Shown here in pieces: positions 9,139-18,178 of a stretch of 64,000 nt of DNA; the stretch's first letter is position 1; each line of letters begins with the position of its first letter. The translations under genes and the position numbers were made by a program. The stretch lies in assembly GCA_050331095.1 (NCBI GenBank), contig JBHJHE010000022.1:84829-148828 (forward strand), given 5' to 3'. This stretch comes from Parvularculaceae bacterium (GTDB lineage Bacteria > Pseudomonadota > Alphaproteobacteria > Caulobacterales > Parvularculaceae). The notes under the pieces are model-generated. The model was not told the origin of the DNA. It did not search any database and saw nothing but the letters and a program-made list of their open reading frames with translations.

Positions 9139-10807
9139 CGACGGCTCCCGCGATGCGTTGGCGCAACTCCTCTTCGGGCGCGAGCGTCGGTTCGGCCGCC
9201 GCTTCGGCCTCGGCGAGCGCTGCGGCCTCGGCTTCGGCGCGTGTGGCGTCAAGCTCTTCCTGCGTGATCCAGCCGGCGGACACCCGGGCGCGCATGATCA
9301 TGTCCTCGGCGTCGTCGCTCGACAGCCCATGGCCTTCGAGAACGCCGTCATAGTGTTTGCGTTCGCCGTCGACGCGTTCGGTCCAGCCGGTGAGATCGTC
9401 CGTGGCGCAGCCGGCGAGGTCCTCCAGCGACTTGATGTCGTTTTCGCCGAGGGTGACGAGCATCGCCGGTTCGAGCCCCTCGAACGCGGCGAGCGCGTCC
9501 TCGACGCCAAGCTCGCGGCGCTTGTCGTCGAGCTTCTTGGCCTCCGCCTCGAGCCAGTCGTTCGCGCGCGCCTGGAGTTCGGCGGCGGTCTCTTCGTCGA
9601 GCCCCTCGATATCCATCAACTCGTCGACCTCGACATAGGCGAGCTCTGCGATCTTTGCGAAGCCTTCCGAGACCAGAAGGCCGGCCATCATGTCGTCGAC
9701 GTCGAGAGCCTCCATGAAGAGCTCCGAACGCAGACGGAATTCTTCCTGGCGCTTCTTGCTCTCTTCCTCTTCGGTCATGATGTCGATCTCGAAACCGGAG
9801 ACCTGCGCGGCGAGGCGCACGTTCTGGCCGCGCCGCCCGATGGCGAGCGAGAGCTGTTCGTCGGGAACGACGACCTCGATGCGCTCGATTTCTTCGTCGA
9901 GCACGACCTTCGTCACCTCCGCAGGCGCAAGGGCGTTGACGACGAAGGTCGCGGGGTCCGGCGACCACGGGACGATGTCTATCTTTTCTCCGCCGAGCTC
10001 GTTGACGACGGCCTGCACGCGGCTGCCGCGCATGCCGACGCACGCGCCGACGGGGTCGATGGCGTTGTCGTTCGAAAAGACGCCGATTTTAGCGCGGCTG
10101 CCGGGATCCCGCGCGACCGCCTTGATCTCGATGACGCCGTCATAAACCTCGGGCACCTCCTGTTCGAACAGCTTCGCCATGAATTGCGGGTGCGAGCGGG
10201 ACAGGAAGATCTGCGGGCCCCGGGGCTCGCGGCGCACGTCCATGACATACGAGCGGATGCGGTCGCCGGTGCGGTAAGCCTCGCGCGGCAATTGCTGGTC
10301 GCGGCGCACGACGGCTTCGGCGCGGCCGAGGTCGACGATGACGTGGCCGTATTCGACGCGTTTGACGATGCCGTTAACGATTTCGCCGATGCGGTCTTTG
10401 AAGTCTTCGTACTGACGGTCACGTTCGGCTTCGCGCACTTTCTGGGTGATGACCTGCTTCGCCGACATCGCCGCGACGCGGCCGAACTCGATCGGCGGCA
10501 GGGGATCGGAGATGAAGTCGCCGACCGTCGCTTCGGGGTTTTTCGCGCGCGCCGTCTCGAGGTCGATTTCGGCGGACGGGTTCTCGATCTCCTCGACGAC
10601 CTCCATCAGCCGCCATAGCCGCGTTTCGCCCGTACGCGGATCGATTTCGGCGCGCACGAGCGTCTCCTGGCCGTAGCGCGAGCGGGCGGCGCGGGCGAGC
10701 GCGTCCTCCATCGCCTCGATAACGAGCTCGATCTCGATCGACTTCTCGCGGGCGACGGCTTCTGCGATCTGGATGAGCTCGCGGCGGTTGTGGCTGATGG
10801 CGGTCAT
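9131..10807 (-). CDS. nusA: Transcription termination/antitermination factor NusA
   Basis: 558 aa containing an S1 domain, KH domains ([43 protein letters not shown]) and C-terminal HhH repeats. Its start overlaps the rimP stop (ATGA). Confidence 0.97.
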   Translation of the reverse strand: MTAISHNRRELIQIAEAVAREKSIEIELVIEAMEDALARAARSRYGQETLVRAEIDPRTGETRLWRLMEVVEEIENPSAEIDLETARAKNPEATVGDFISDPLPPIEFGRVAAMSAKQVITQKVREAERDRQYEDFKDRIGEIVNGIVKRVEYGHVIVDLGRAEAVVRRDQQLPREAYRTGDRIRSYVMDVRREPRGPQIFLSRSHPQFMAKLFEQEVPEVYDGVIEIKAVARDPGSRAKIGVFSNDNAIDPVGACVGMRGSRVQAVVNELGGEKIDIVPWSPDPATFVVNALAPAEVTKVVLDEEIERIEVVVPDEQLSLAIGRRGQNVRLAAQVSGFEIDIMTEEEESKKRQEEFRLRSELFMEALDVDDMMAGLLVSEGFAKIAELAYVEVDELMDIEGLDEETAAELQARANDWLEAEAKKLDDKRRELGVEDALAAFEGLEPAMLVTLGENDIKSLEDLAGCATDDLTGWTERVDGERKHYDGVLEGHGLSSDDAEDMIMRARVSAGWITQEELDATRAEAEAAALAEAEAAAEPTLAPEEELRQRIAGAVAD

Positions 10808-11376
10808 TGCGTTTCTCCCGCGCCCTCTGCGGCGCTGTCGTCATTATCGGCTACGCCGTTCGCGGCGCGAGCCCGTTCAAGCGCTTTCGCGGCGGCCAGG
10901 CTCTCCCGCACGAGCGCGTCGGTAAGCACAAGCTTGGCGTTGTCCACATAAGCGTAAGGAATAAGAGCGGTCTCAGTTTCGCCGTCGAGGTCGATCAGGA
11001 CCTGGTCGTCTTCGACGCCTGCGAGAACGCCGCGGAACCGGCGCCGCCCCTCAATCAATCGGTCGAGTTCAACCTTCGCCTCGTAGCCGCGCCACGCATC
11101 GAAATCCTCAAGGCTGACAAGCGGGCGATCGACGCCGGGCGAGGATACCTCCAAGTTATAAGCGCCGGCGATCGGGTCTGCTTCCTCCAGAACGGGCGAC
11201 AGCAAACGCGACAGCCGGGCGCAATCCTCCGCCGTCATCGTTCGGTCGGGCCGCTCCGCCATGATCTGCGCCGTCCGAACGCGATCGCCGGTGACGCGCA
11301 CGCGCACCAGACGAAACCCGGCGTCGGCGACGACGGGCGCGACGATGGCGCGCAGCTTCTCCTCCAACGGCGTCAA
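10804..11376 (-). CDS. rimP: Ribosome maturation factor RimP
   Basis: TTG start with GGAGG 4 nt upstream. Conserved position ahead of nusA. Motifs LEEKLRAIVAPVVADAGFRLVRVRV and LEVSSPGVDRPL. Confidence 0.92.
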   Translation of the reverse strand: MTPLEEKLRAIVAPVVADAGFRLVRVRVTGDRVRTAQIMAERPDRTMTAEDCARLSRLLSPVLEEADPIAGAYNLEVSSPGVDRPLVSLEDFDAWRGYEAKVELDRLIEGRRRFRGVLAGVEDDQVLIDLDGETETALIPYAYVDNAKLVLTDALVRESLAAAKALERARAANGVADNDDSAAEGAGETQ

Positions 11377-11391
11377 ACGGCCTCCGACAAC

Positions 11392-11416
11392 AAAAAACGG
11401 GCCCCGACGGGGCCCG
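11392..11416 (-). terminator. Intrinsic-terminator-like hairpin in the rimP leader
   Basis: Minus-strand RNA reads CGGGCCCC-GUC-GGGGCCCG followed by UUUUUUGUU. This is an all-GC 8-bp stem with a U-tract that ends 5 nt before the rimP SD. Confidence 0.6.
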
Positions 11417-11602
11417 CTATCAAACTCTGATCGCGTTTAATTTGTGAAATAATCGCCAGCGTCGGGTTTGTCGAGATCCCTGCGCAGCGCTGGCGTCGAA
11501 TTTGGCGATTTCCGCTCCCGACTTTTTGCGGTTTCGCGATTTCGCGGGCCGCTTCCGGGTGATAATTAACCGGCATCGAGGGGTTGAATTCGGAGGGGTG
11601 AG

Positions 11603-12097
11603 ATGGCGGCGTTTTTCGCGCGGTTGATGGGCGTTCTCGGGATCGTCGTCGGGTCCCAGGCGCCGGGCTTCACAATCCAGTACCTTCAAAATCTCGACGG
11701 TCGCGTTGAAGAGCTCGCCGCGATCGTCTCGCGCTACGATGCGATCGTCGACGAACTCGGCATGACCCGCGACGCCTATGTCGACGAACTGCGAACGAGC
11801 GGCCAGCTCGCGTCGGAGAAAACCGCCGACTCTATCGAATACACATTCGATCGCTATGAGTACCTGCGTGAGCACCAGGTCGCGCTGACCTCGGCGCAGG
11901 CGATCGTCCGTCCGCTGCGTTTAGCGCGCTCCGTCGACGCCGGCGTCGCCCGGTCGGTGCGCGAGAACTTCCGGTGGACGGTGCCGCTGACGCCGGACGC
12001 GGCGGCTTACGCAATCGGCGTCGGGGTCGTCGTCTGGGGCGCGCTGTCGTTCTTCTTCGGGCTCCTCGGCTCCATGTTCGGGATGGGGCGCCGCTAG
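11603..12097 (+). CDS. DUF2937-like membrane-associated protein
   Basis: MAAFFARLMGVLGIVVGSQAPGFTIQYLQNLDGRVEEL... plus a C-terminal TM segment. Preferred over the antisense ORF 11420-11875, which has Arg-rich shadow composition. Confidence 0.7.
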   Translation: MAAFFARLMGVLGIVVGSQAPGFTIQYLQNLDGRVEELAAIVSRYDAIVDELGMTRDAYVDELRTSGQLASEKTADSIEYTFDRYEYLREHQVALTSAQAIVRPLRLARSVDAGVARSVRENFRWTVPLTPDAAAYAIGVGVVVWGALSFFFGLLGSMFGMGRR

Positions 12098-12124
12098 ACG
12101 GCGGGAACGTTGAAACCTCCGGCT

Positions 12125-12991
12125 TTACGACGCCCAGACGAGAGGCGCGGCCGTCACCGTCTCCTTGAAATTGGCGCAGTCGAGCGGCCGCCCGAGCATC
12201 GCGCCGAGCGCGGCGAGGTCCGCGTCGAACGCCTCGACGGCCCGGGCGCGGGCGGCGCACCCGAGCGCGGGGCGCTCGTGAAGGCGCAGTTTTTGTTTGA
12301 CGCGGTCGCGCAGCGCTCGGGGCGTCAGCGCGCGGCGCAGGGCCGTCGCGACCGGATTGTCGACGACGAGGCCGTAGGCGGGGAACGGGCGAATGCGCGC
12401 GGCGGAGACGTTCGCCGGTTCAAGGTCGTCCCGCCAGACGAAGTCGGCGGCGGGCGAGAGGAAAGCGCCGATGCGCGCGAACTCCGCCGCCGGCGCCGCC
12501 GTCAGGCGCTCCAGAAACACAGGCAGAACGCGCGCCGTCCCGAAGCGGTCGAGCCACGGCTTGATCTGGTAGGCGTACCGTCCGTACTCGATCAGTTCGG
12601 GCGCGTCGGCGAGCGCTTCGTCGATCGGCGCTGAGATCCGCCGCTGCGACCAGTCGTGGATGTAGTGGGACACGAGCCGGTCGATCGGATGGCGCATCAT
12701 ATAGACGAACTTCGCGTTCGGCGCGCCGCTCGCCAGCCGATCGATCGTATCCGGATGGGTCGGCAGCTTGGCGTAGTGGGTGCTCGCCTCGCCCGCGACG
12801 GCGTCCGCCGGCGCGTCGTCGAAAAGCTTCTCGTACCAATGAACGCCGCGGCGATAGACGTCGTCGTCGCTGAAGAAGTTCGGCTCTTTCGGACGGCACA
12901 TGAAGACGCCGGGCTGCGCGTCAAGCTGCTCATAGAGCGTGGACGTGCCGCATTTCATCGCGCCGATGATGATGAAGTCAGGCCGGCCCAA
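12125..12991 (-). CDS. Sulfotransferase family protein
   Basis: TTG start. PAPS 5'-phosphosulfate-binding loop FIIIGAMKCGTSTLYEQL, then YMMRHPIDRLVSHY. Confidence 0.85.
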   Translation of the reverse strand: MGRPDFIIIGAMKCGTSTLYEQLDAQPGVFMCRPKEPNFFSDDDVYRRGVHWYEKLFDDAPADAVAGEASTHYAKLPTHPDTIDRLASGAPNAKFVYMMRHPIDRLVSHYIHDWSQRRISAPIDEALADAPELIEYGRYAYQIKPWLDRFGTARVLPVFLERLTAAPAAEFARIGAFLSPAADFVWRDDLEPANVSAARIRPFPAYGLVVDNPVATALRRALTPRALRDRVKQKLRLHERPALGCAARARAVEAFDADLAALGAMLGRPLDCANFKETVTAAPLVWAS

Positions 12992-13003
12992 CGGCGTCGC
13001 TCC

Positions 13004-14107
13004 TCAGCTGGGTTCGCCGCCGCCTGTCGTCGGCGCGCGGCTGTCGTTGAGGGGCGCGCGCCAGTTGATCCACTGGTCGCGCGCCTGCCGCGCGCAAGCG
13101 CGCGGGACTGGTCGGCCGACGAGAAGGCGGACGTGGGCGACGGCGCGGCCGGCCGTCCAGGCGAGGTTCGCCAGGGTCGGCCCCAGGGGACCGAAGGATT
13201 TGCGGAAGTAACGCGTGCGCGACGCGTAAAAGTAGGCGGGCGGTCGCTTTTTCTCGCGCATAAGCGATTTCACCGGCGACGACCCGCCGCGCAGGTGCAC
13301 GACCCGCGCGCTCGGCTCATAGACCACCGACCATCCGCCGCGCCGCAACTGGCGGCAATAGTCCGCGTCTTCGAAGTACATGAAGTACCCCTCGTCCATG
13401 GGGCCGACGGCGTCGACCGCCTCGCGGCGCAACAGGACGCAGGCGAAGCTCACCCATTCCGCGTCGGTCGGCGCGTCGTCGACCGGGGGGGCGACGGCGG
13501 CGAAGGCGAAGAGGCGGTCAAGAAGGCGAACGCGGGCGCCGGCCAGAAACTCCGTGAGCGGCGTTTTGAACCGAAACCGGCTTTGCTGGGCCCTGCCGTC
13601 CGGGTCTTCGAGGCGCGGACCGACGGCGCCCGCGTCGGGTCGGCGCTCGGCGGCGGCGATCAGCGCGGCGAGGGCGCCCGGCCGGGCGAGCGCGTCGCTG
13701 TTGAGAAGCAGGTAGTAAGGCGCATCGAGGAAGCCGCGGCCGAAATTGTTGCCGCCGGCGAACCCCGAATTGCGCCGCGCCCGGACGAGCGACACCCGCT
13801 CGGTCCATGTCGCGCCGCCGGCGCTTTCGCCGCTCAGGAACGCGGCGATGCGGTCGGCCGAGCCGTCGTCGGACCGATTGTCGACGACGACCGCCCGGGC
13901 GTCGAGCGCGCTGAGCTCCGGCGCGATCGAGGCGAGGCACTGGGCGACGAGATCCGGCGTGCGGTAATTGACGATGATGACGCCGAGGCCCGCCTTCAGC
14001 CGCGGCTGTGACGCCGCGCCTGCGTCGTCGGGGCTGCACGGCGCTGCGGCGCGGGCCGTCGCGGCGCCGCCGTGAGGGGCCACATCGTTTTCGAAGATCT
14101 GAGTCAT
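13004..14107 (-). CDS. Glycosyltransferase family 2
   Basis: GVIIVNYRTPDLVAQCLASI...VVVDNRSDDGSADRI...LLLNSDA...YFMYFEDADYCRQLRRGGW. Confidence 0.85.
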   Translation of the reverse strand: MTQIFENDVAPHGGAATARAAAPCSPDDAGAASQPRLKAGLGVIIVNYRTPDLVAQCLASIAPELSALDARAVVVDNRSDDGSADRIAAFLSGESAGGATWTERVSLVRARRNSGFAGGNNFGRGFLDAPYYLLLNSDALARPGALAALIAAAERRPDAGAVGPRLEDPDGRAQQSRFRFKTPLTEFLAGARVRLLDRLFAFAAVAPPVDDAPTDAEWVSFACVLLRREAVDAVGPMDEGYFMYFEDADYCRQLRRGGWSVVYEPSARVVHLRGGSSPVKSLMREKKRPPAYFYASRTRYFRKSFGPLGPTLANLAWTAGRAVAHVRLLVGRPVPRACARQARDQWINWRAPLNDSRAPTTGGGEPS

Positions 14108-14202
14108 GCGGGCCGGCGGGGGTCCTTCGACAGACGCCGCTCAGGGCGACGCCGCGCCTAGATCGCTTTTTTTCGCTCCGCTTGTCGACCTTTGCGGCGG
14201 CG

Positions 14203-15576
14203 CTAGCGGAGCGCCGGGCCGTCATCGTGGCCGTCGTGATGGCCGTCATGATGATCGCGGCCATGATCGCCGTGGCGTTCGCCGTGGCCGGCGACGGCCG
14301 CGCCGGCGGTCGCTTGCGAGGGAAAGTGCGCCCGAAGGAAGGCCAGAAACGCCGGCCAGTCCTCCTCGACGACGCCGTGCGTGCCCGGACGGATCCAGAA
14401 CGAGATGTCCGCCGCTGGGTTGAACGGTTTCAGCCGCTCCTGGTCGAGGCCGCGCGAGCCGTAGAGTTCGTAGATCGGATCGGCGCCCATGGCGGCGCGA
14501 AACGCGCCGTTCGGGTCGGACCAGACGTCGCGGCGGGCGTTGCCGAGGAGCATCGGCCGCGGGGCGATCAGCGCCAGCAGGTGATGCTGGTCGATCGGCA
14601 GAGCGGCCTCGCGCCCGGCGAACGCGGCGTAGGTCTCCGCGAACCAGTGGGGGTAGGCCTCGGTGATTTCGCCGACGCTCTCGCCGCGTTTCTCGCGGTT
14701 GAGCGAGGCGCCGCCGGTGCCGGACTGGTGGGCGATGACGCCGTCGATGCGCTCGTCGAACGCCGCGGCGAGGAGCGCCGCCTTGCCGTAGCGCGAGTGG
14801 CCCCACGCCACGGTGGCGTTCGCGTCCAGCCGCGGATCGTCGTCGAGGGCGTCGACGACGCGCGAGTACCCCCACGCCCAGGCGGCGATCGCGCCCCATC
14901 GCGGCGCGTCTTCGTTGGCGTCGGGCGATATCGCGCTCAGCGCCGCAAGCCCCGCATCGGCCGCGTCGGGCACGAATTGCGGCGGGTGAAACACGGCGAG
15001 CGCGTAGCCCGCCGACAGGATCTCCTCGATCGGCGGCGTACAGATGTACCGGCCAAAGACGAAGAACATGATCCCGCCGCGGGGCTTCTCAGGCTCGGGA
15101 TAAGGTATGGCGGCCTCGCGGCTGCAGAACGTCTCCATCATGATCAGCGGCGCCGGGCCCGTCGCGTCCGCGGGCGTCACGAGGCTGACGGAGAACGGCG
15201 CGGCGGCGCGCCAGGGGGCGTCCGCGTCGCCGAAGCGGGCGGAGGCGTTGATCTGGAGCTCCTCCAAGCGGCCCTTGTCGCCGTAGATGCGATCGGCGGT
15301 CACGCGGCGCGCCGCGACGTCCGTGCGCGACGCGTCGGGCAGGGCCCCGTAGACGTAACGCTGAAGCGCCTCTTTGATCGCGGGCGTCGCGTCGCGCCAG
15401 TCGGCGATCGTCGCGACGTCGTCCGATTCCGTTGAGCCGAGCGCGGCGGCGTCGAGAACGGACGGCGCCGCGTCGGGCCCCTTCGGCGACAGGTTCGTCC
15501 AGGCGATCGTGAGCTTGACGCAACCGGATGCTGCGAGCCCAAGGGCCGCGAGGGCCACCAGACGCCAGATGCCCAT
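14203..15576 (-). CDS. CE15-like (glucuronoyl esterase-type) alpha/beta hydrolase lipoprotein with a His-rich tail
   Basis: Lipobox MGIWRLVALAALGLAASGC. Nucleophile motif GHSRYGKAALLAAAFDERI (G-x-S-R-x-G-K). C-terminus HGERHGDHGRDHHDGHHDGHDDG. The ORF track starts at GTG 15594. Confidence 0.6.
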   Translation of the reverse strand: MGIWRLVALAALGLAASGCVKLTIAWTNLSPKGPDAAPSVLDAAALGSTESDDVATIADWRDATPAIKEALQRYVYGALPDASRTDVAARRVTADRIYGDKGRLEELQINASARFGDADAPWRAAAPFSVSLVTPADATGPAPLIMMETFCSREAAIPYPEPEKPRGGIMFFVFGRYICTPPIEEILSAGYALAVFHPPQFVPDAADAGLAALSAISPDANEDAPRWGAIAAWAWGYSRVVDALDDDPRLDANATVAWGHSRYGKAALLAAAFDERIDGVIAHQSGTGGASLNREKRGESVGEITEAYPHWFAETYAAFAGREAALPIDQHHLLALIAPRPMLLGNARRDVWSDPNGAFRAAMGADPIYELYGSRGLDQERLKPFNPAADISFWIRPGTHGVVEEDWPAFLAFLRAHFPSQATAGAAVAGHGERHGDHGRDHHDGHHDGHDDGPALR

Positions 15577-15659
15577 TGCCGATGTCTCCCGCACGCCTCG
15601 AACTCCCCCAGGCCGATCTTGTCGCGCGTTGCCCGCCGCCGCGTCGACTCACAAAGCGA

Positions 15660-16370
15660 TCAGCGATCCGGCCCCGGCGCCCGTTGAAAGATCAGGTGCG
15701 CCGGCGGCCGCCCCGCCAGGCGCGCTTTAGCGCCGTAACGCGTCTCCGGCCAGTCGGCCGGCGGAACCCGCCAGTCCGCGGCGGTGCGCGCGGTCCAGAC
15801 GAGGCGCGGCTCGGCGCGGGCGTGCATCAAGGTCGTGCGCAGGTAGTCGGCGCGGTCGCTGGAGACCCGCATCTCTCCGCCGACCTTCAAGGTTCGCGCG
15901 GCTTCGGCGAAGAGCCAAGGCGAGACCATGCGGCGCTTGTGGTGGCGTTTCTTTGGCCAGGGATCCGGGTGCAGCACGTAAAGGCGTGCGAGCGCGGCGT
16001 CCGGCGTGCGGGCGAGCGCAGGCCTGGCGTCGCCGCAGACGACGCGCACGTTGGCGAGCCCGAGATCGTCGACTTGCGCGAGGAGTTTGCCGACGCCGTT
16101 CAGGAACGGCTCGGCGCCGATGAAGCCTGCGCCGGGCCGCGCCTGCGCCTGCCATGCGAGGTGCTCGCCGCCGCCGAAGCCGATCTCGAAGTGAAACTCG
16201 TCGCAACCCGGAAACAGCGCTTCGAGGTCGATTGGCGCGTCGCCGTCGGGAATGGCGAGTTTCGGCAGCAAAGCGTCGATGAGCGCGGCCTGGCGCGGCT
16301 TCAACGGTTTCGCCTGCCGCCGGCCGTAGACCTTGTCGATGTAACCGTCGCGCATGGAGCCGGCCGTCAT
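15660..16370 (-). CDS. trmB: tRNA (guanine-N7)-methyltransferase
   Basis: Internal ATG at 16370 of ORF 15660-16712; the upstream part is an Arg-rich shadow. Motifs FEIGFGGGEHL, GAEPF, LHPDPWPKKRHHKRRM. The start overlaps the upstream gene's stop (ATGA). Confidence 0.9.
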   Translation of the reverse strand: MTAGSMRDGYIDKVYGRRQAKPLKPRQAALIDALLPKLAIPDGDAPIDLEALFPGCDEFHFEIGFGGGEHLAWQAQARPGAGFIGAEPFLNGVGKLLAQVDDLGLANVRVVCGDARPALARTPDAALARLYVLHPDPWPKKRHHKRRMVSPWLFAEAARTLKVGGEMRVSSDRADYLRTTLMHARAEPRLVWTARTAADWRVPPADWPETRYGAKARLAGRPPAHLIFQRAPGPDR

Positions 16371-17332
16371 ACTGCGAGCTCGCGCTTGAGGAACGCGATC
16401 GTCCGCGACCACGCGAGACGCGCGGCCGCGCGATTGTGTCGGGCGCGGTCTTCGTCGTCGTCGAAGCCGCGCCGCGCGCCCTCGTAGACGTGGAGCTCGT
16501 AACGCGCGCCGGCGGCGTCGAGGTTGGCGCGATAGGCCGCGACGCCGGCGTTCGCGCGTCTGTCGCGGCCGGCGTAGTGTAGAAGGAGCGGTGCGCCGGC
16601 CGCCGCGCCCCCGGGCGGGGGCGCAGCGTAGTAGGCGACGCCGGCGTCGCGCCCCAGGGCGTCGAGTCCCGGGGCGTCGGCGACAAGGCGGCCGACGACG
16701 CCGCCGCCCCAACCGAAACCGACCGCGCCGACCCTGCCGTTATGGGTGCGGCGGCGCGCGAGGCTCGCGACGATCTCCGCATAGCGCGCGACCGTTTTCG
16801 CCGGGTCGAGCTTGCCGACGGTCTCTCGCGCGTCTTCCGCATCGTCCGGCGTGCCGCCGTAGGACGACAGAACGTCGATGGCGTACGCCGTGAAGCCCTC
16901 GAGCGCGAGGCGGCGGGCGACGTCTTCGGCGTGCGGATCGAGGCCTTGCTCGTCGTGGACGACGATGACGGCGGGCGATGGAGCGTCAGTGGGCGCGGCG
17001 AGCCGCGCGCGGTAGGAGGTCATGAACGGCAGAACGCGCGTCGGGACGACGCCGAAGTTCGGCGCGCGGCGCGAGCCGATGCGCTCCGGCTCGATGAAGT
17101 CGATCGTGTCGACGTCGAAGCGGGCGGTGTCGATCGCAAGCCGCCGGTCGTCTTCGCGGGTGACGGCGGCGCGGGCGCGATCGTTCTCCAGAACCGGCAA
17201 AAGCGCCGTTGCGGCGGCGAGGCGCGCGAGGACGTCGCGGCGCGACGCAGGCCCTCGACGGCGCCCAGGGAAAAAATCGCGCGCGGCTTGATCCGCGGCG
17301 ACGCCGCTCGGATGATCGTCGCGCTCCGTCAT
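16367..17332 (-). CDS. Dienelactone hydrolase-family protein with Tat-type signal (catalytic Cys and His apparently replaced)
   Basis: ATG 17332 has GGAGA upstream. Tat-like signal SRRDVLARLAAATALLPVL. Motifs VIVVHDEQGLDPHAEDVARRLALEGF, GAVGFGWGGG (Gly where Cys is expected) and YEGARRGF (Arg where His is expected). Confidence 0.75.
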   Translation of the reverse strand: MTERDDHPSGVAADQAARDFFPGRRRGPASRRDVLARLAAATALLPVLENDRARAAVTREDDRRLAIDTARFDVDTIDFIEPERIGSRRAPNFGVVPTRVLPFMTSYRARLAAPTDAPSPAVIVVHDEQGLDPHAEDVARRLALEGFTAYAIDVLSSYGGTPDDAEDARETVGKLDPAKTVARYAEIVASLARRRTHNGRVGAVGFGWGGGVVGRLVADAPGLDALGRDAGVAYYAAPPPGGAAAGAPLLLHYAGRDRRANAGVAAYRANLDAAGARYELHVYEGARRGFDDDEDRARHNRAAARLAWSRTIAFLKRELAV

Positions 17333-17421
17333 CGGTTCTCCGTCGTCCTCGTCCGGCGAGCGCCGCATCAGACCGAGACGCGCCGGCGCGGACAAGCGCC
17401 GATTTTTGGGGACCTCTTGCA

Positions 17422-18165
17422 ATGGCCGTCAATCGGCTCGTCTATGTCTCGATCGCCGCCGTCGCCGCGATCCTCGCCGCCGTATCGCAGCGGGGCGGGC
17501 CGGAATCCACCGAGCACGTCCTGGCGCTCAATTGGCAGCCGGCGTTTTGCGAAACCCGGCCGAGAACGAGCGAATGCCGCCGGCTCAATGACGGCGAAAC
17601 GCCGAACGCGACGCGAAGACTGTCGCTGCACGGGCTGTGGCCGCAGCCGCGCGAGCGGGCCTATTGCGGCGTCGACGACGGCGTCCGCCGGCGCGACGTC
17701 GCCGGCGAGTGGTCGCGCCTGCCAGAGCCGGGCCTCGACGCGGAAACGAGCATCGCGCTTTCCGAGGCTATGCCGGGGGTCGCGAGCGGGCTCGCCCGCC
17801 ACGAATGGATCAAGCACGGAACCTGTCACGGGACCGACGCCGACGCCTATTTCGACGACGCCCTCATCGTGACCGCCGCCGTCAACGGTTCGCCCGTCGG
17901 CCGCCTGTTCGCCGACAATATCGGGCGACGCGTCTCGGCGAGCGACGTGCGCGCGGCCTTTGACGCCGGCTTCGGCGACGGCGCGGGGGCGCGCGTCCGC
18001 ATTGAATGCGTCGATGACGACGGCAGGAAGCTGATCAAGGAGCTGCGCATCAATCTTAGCGGGCGGATCGAGCCCGAGGCGTCCGTCGCCGAGCTTATCC
18101 GCGCCGCGCCGCCGGCCGCCGCCGGGTGCGCAGGCGGCGTCGTCGACCCGGCGGGGCTTCAGTAG
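17422..18165 (+). CDS. Ribonuclease T2 family protein
   Basis: Internal ATG 17422 of ORF 17209-18165. N-terminal hydrophobic segment. CAS I LHGLWPQ and CAS II HEWIKHGTC. Confidence 0.85.
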   Translation: MAVNRLVYVSIAAVAAILAAVSQRGGPESTEHVLALNWQPAFCETRPRTSECRRLNDGETPNATRRLSLHGLWPQPRERAYCGVDDGVRRRDVAGEWSRLPEPGLDAETSIALSEAMPGVASGLARHEWIKHGTCHGTDADAYFDDALIVTAAVNGSPVGRLFADNIGRRVSASDVRAAFDAGFGDGAGARVRIECVDDDGRKLIKELRINLSGRIEPEASVAELIRAAPPAAAGCAGGVVDPAGLQ

Positions 18166-18178
18166 CGCTCGGCGGGCG

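Noticed and set aside
11420-11875. Minus-strand ORF of 151 aa upstream of rimP, as the gene terminated by the 11392-11416 hairpin.
   Set aside because: The translation is Arg-rich shadow sequence opposite a convincing DUF2937-like gene, and its 3' part crosses the AT-rich promoter region.
14195-14217. gcgctagcggagcgccgggc at the esterase gene's stop, which resembles the repeat terminus ctagagcgccgggcg.
   Set aside because: Only ~10 contiguous matching bases of GC-rich sequence, and none of the hairpin arms is present.
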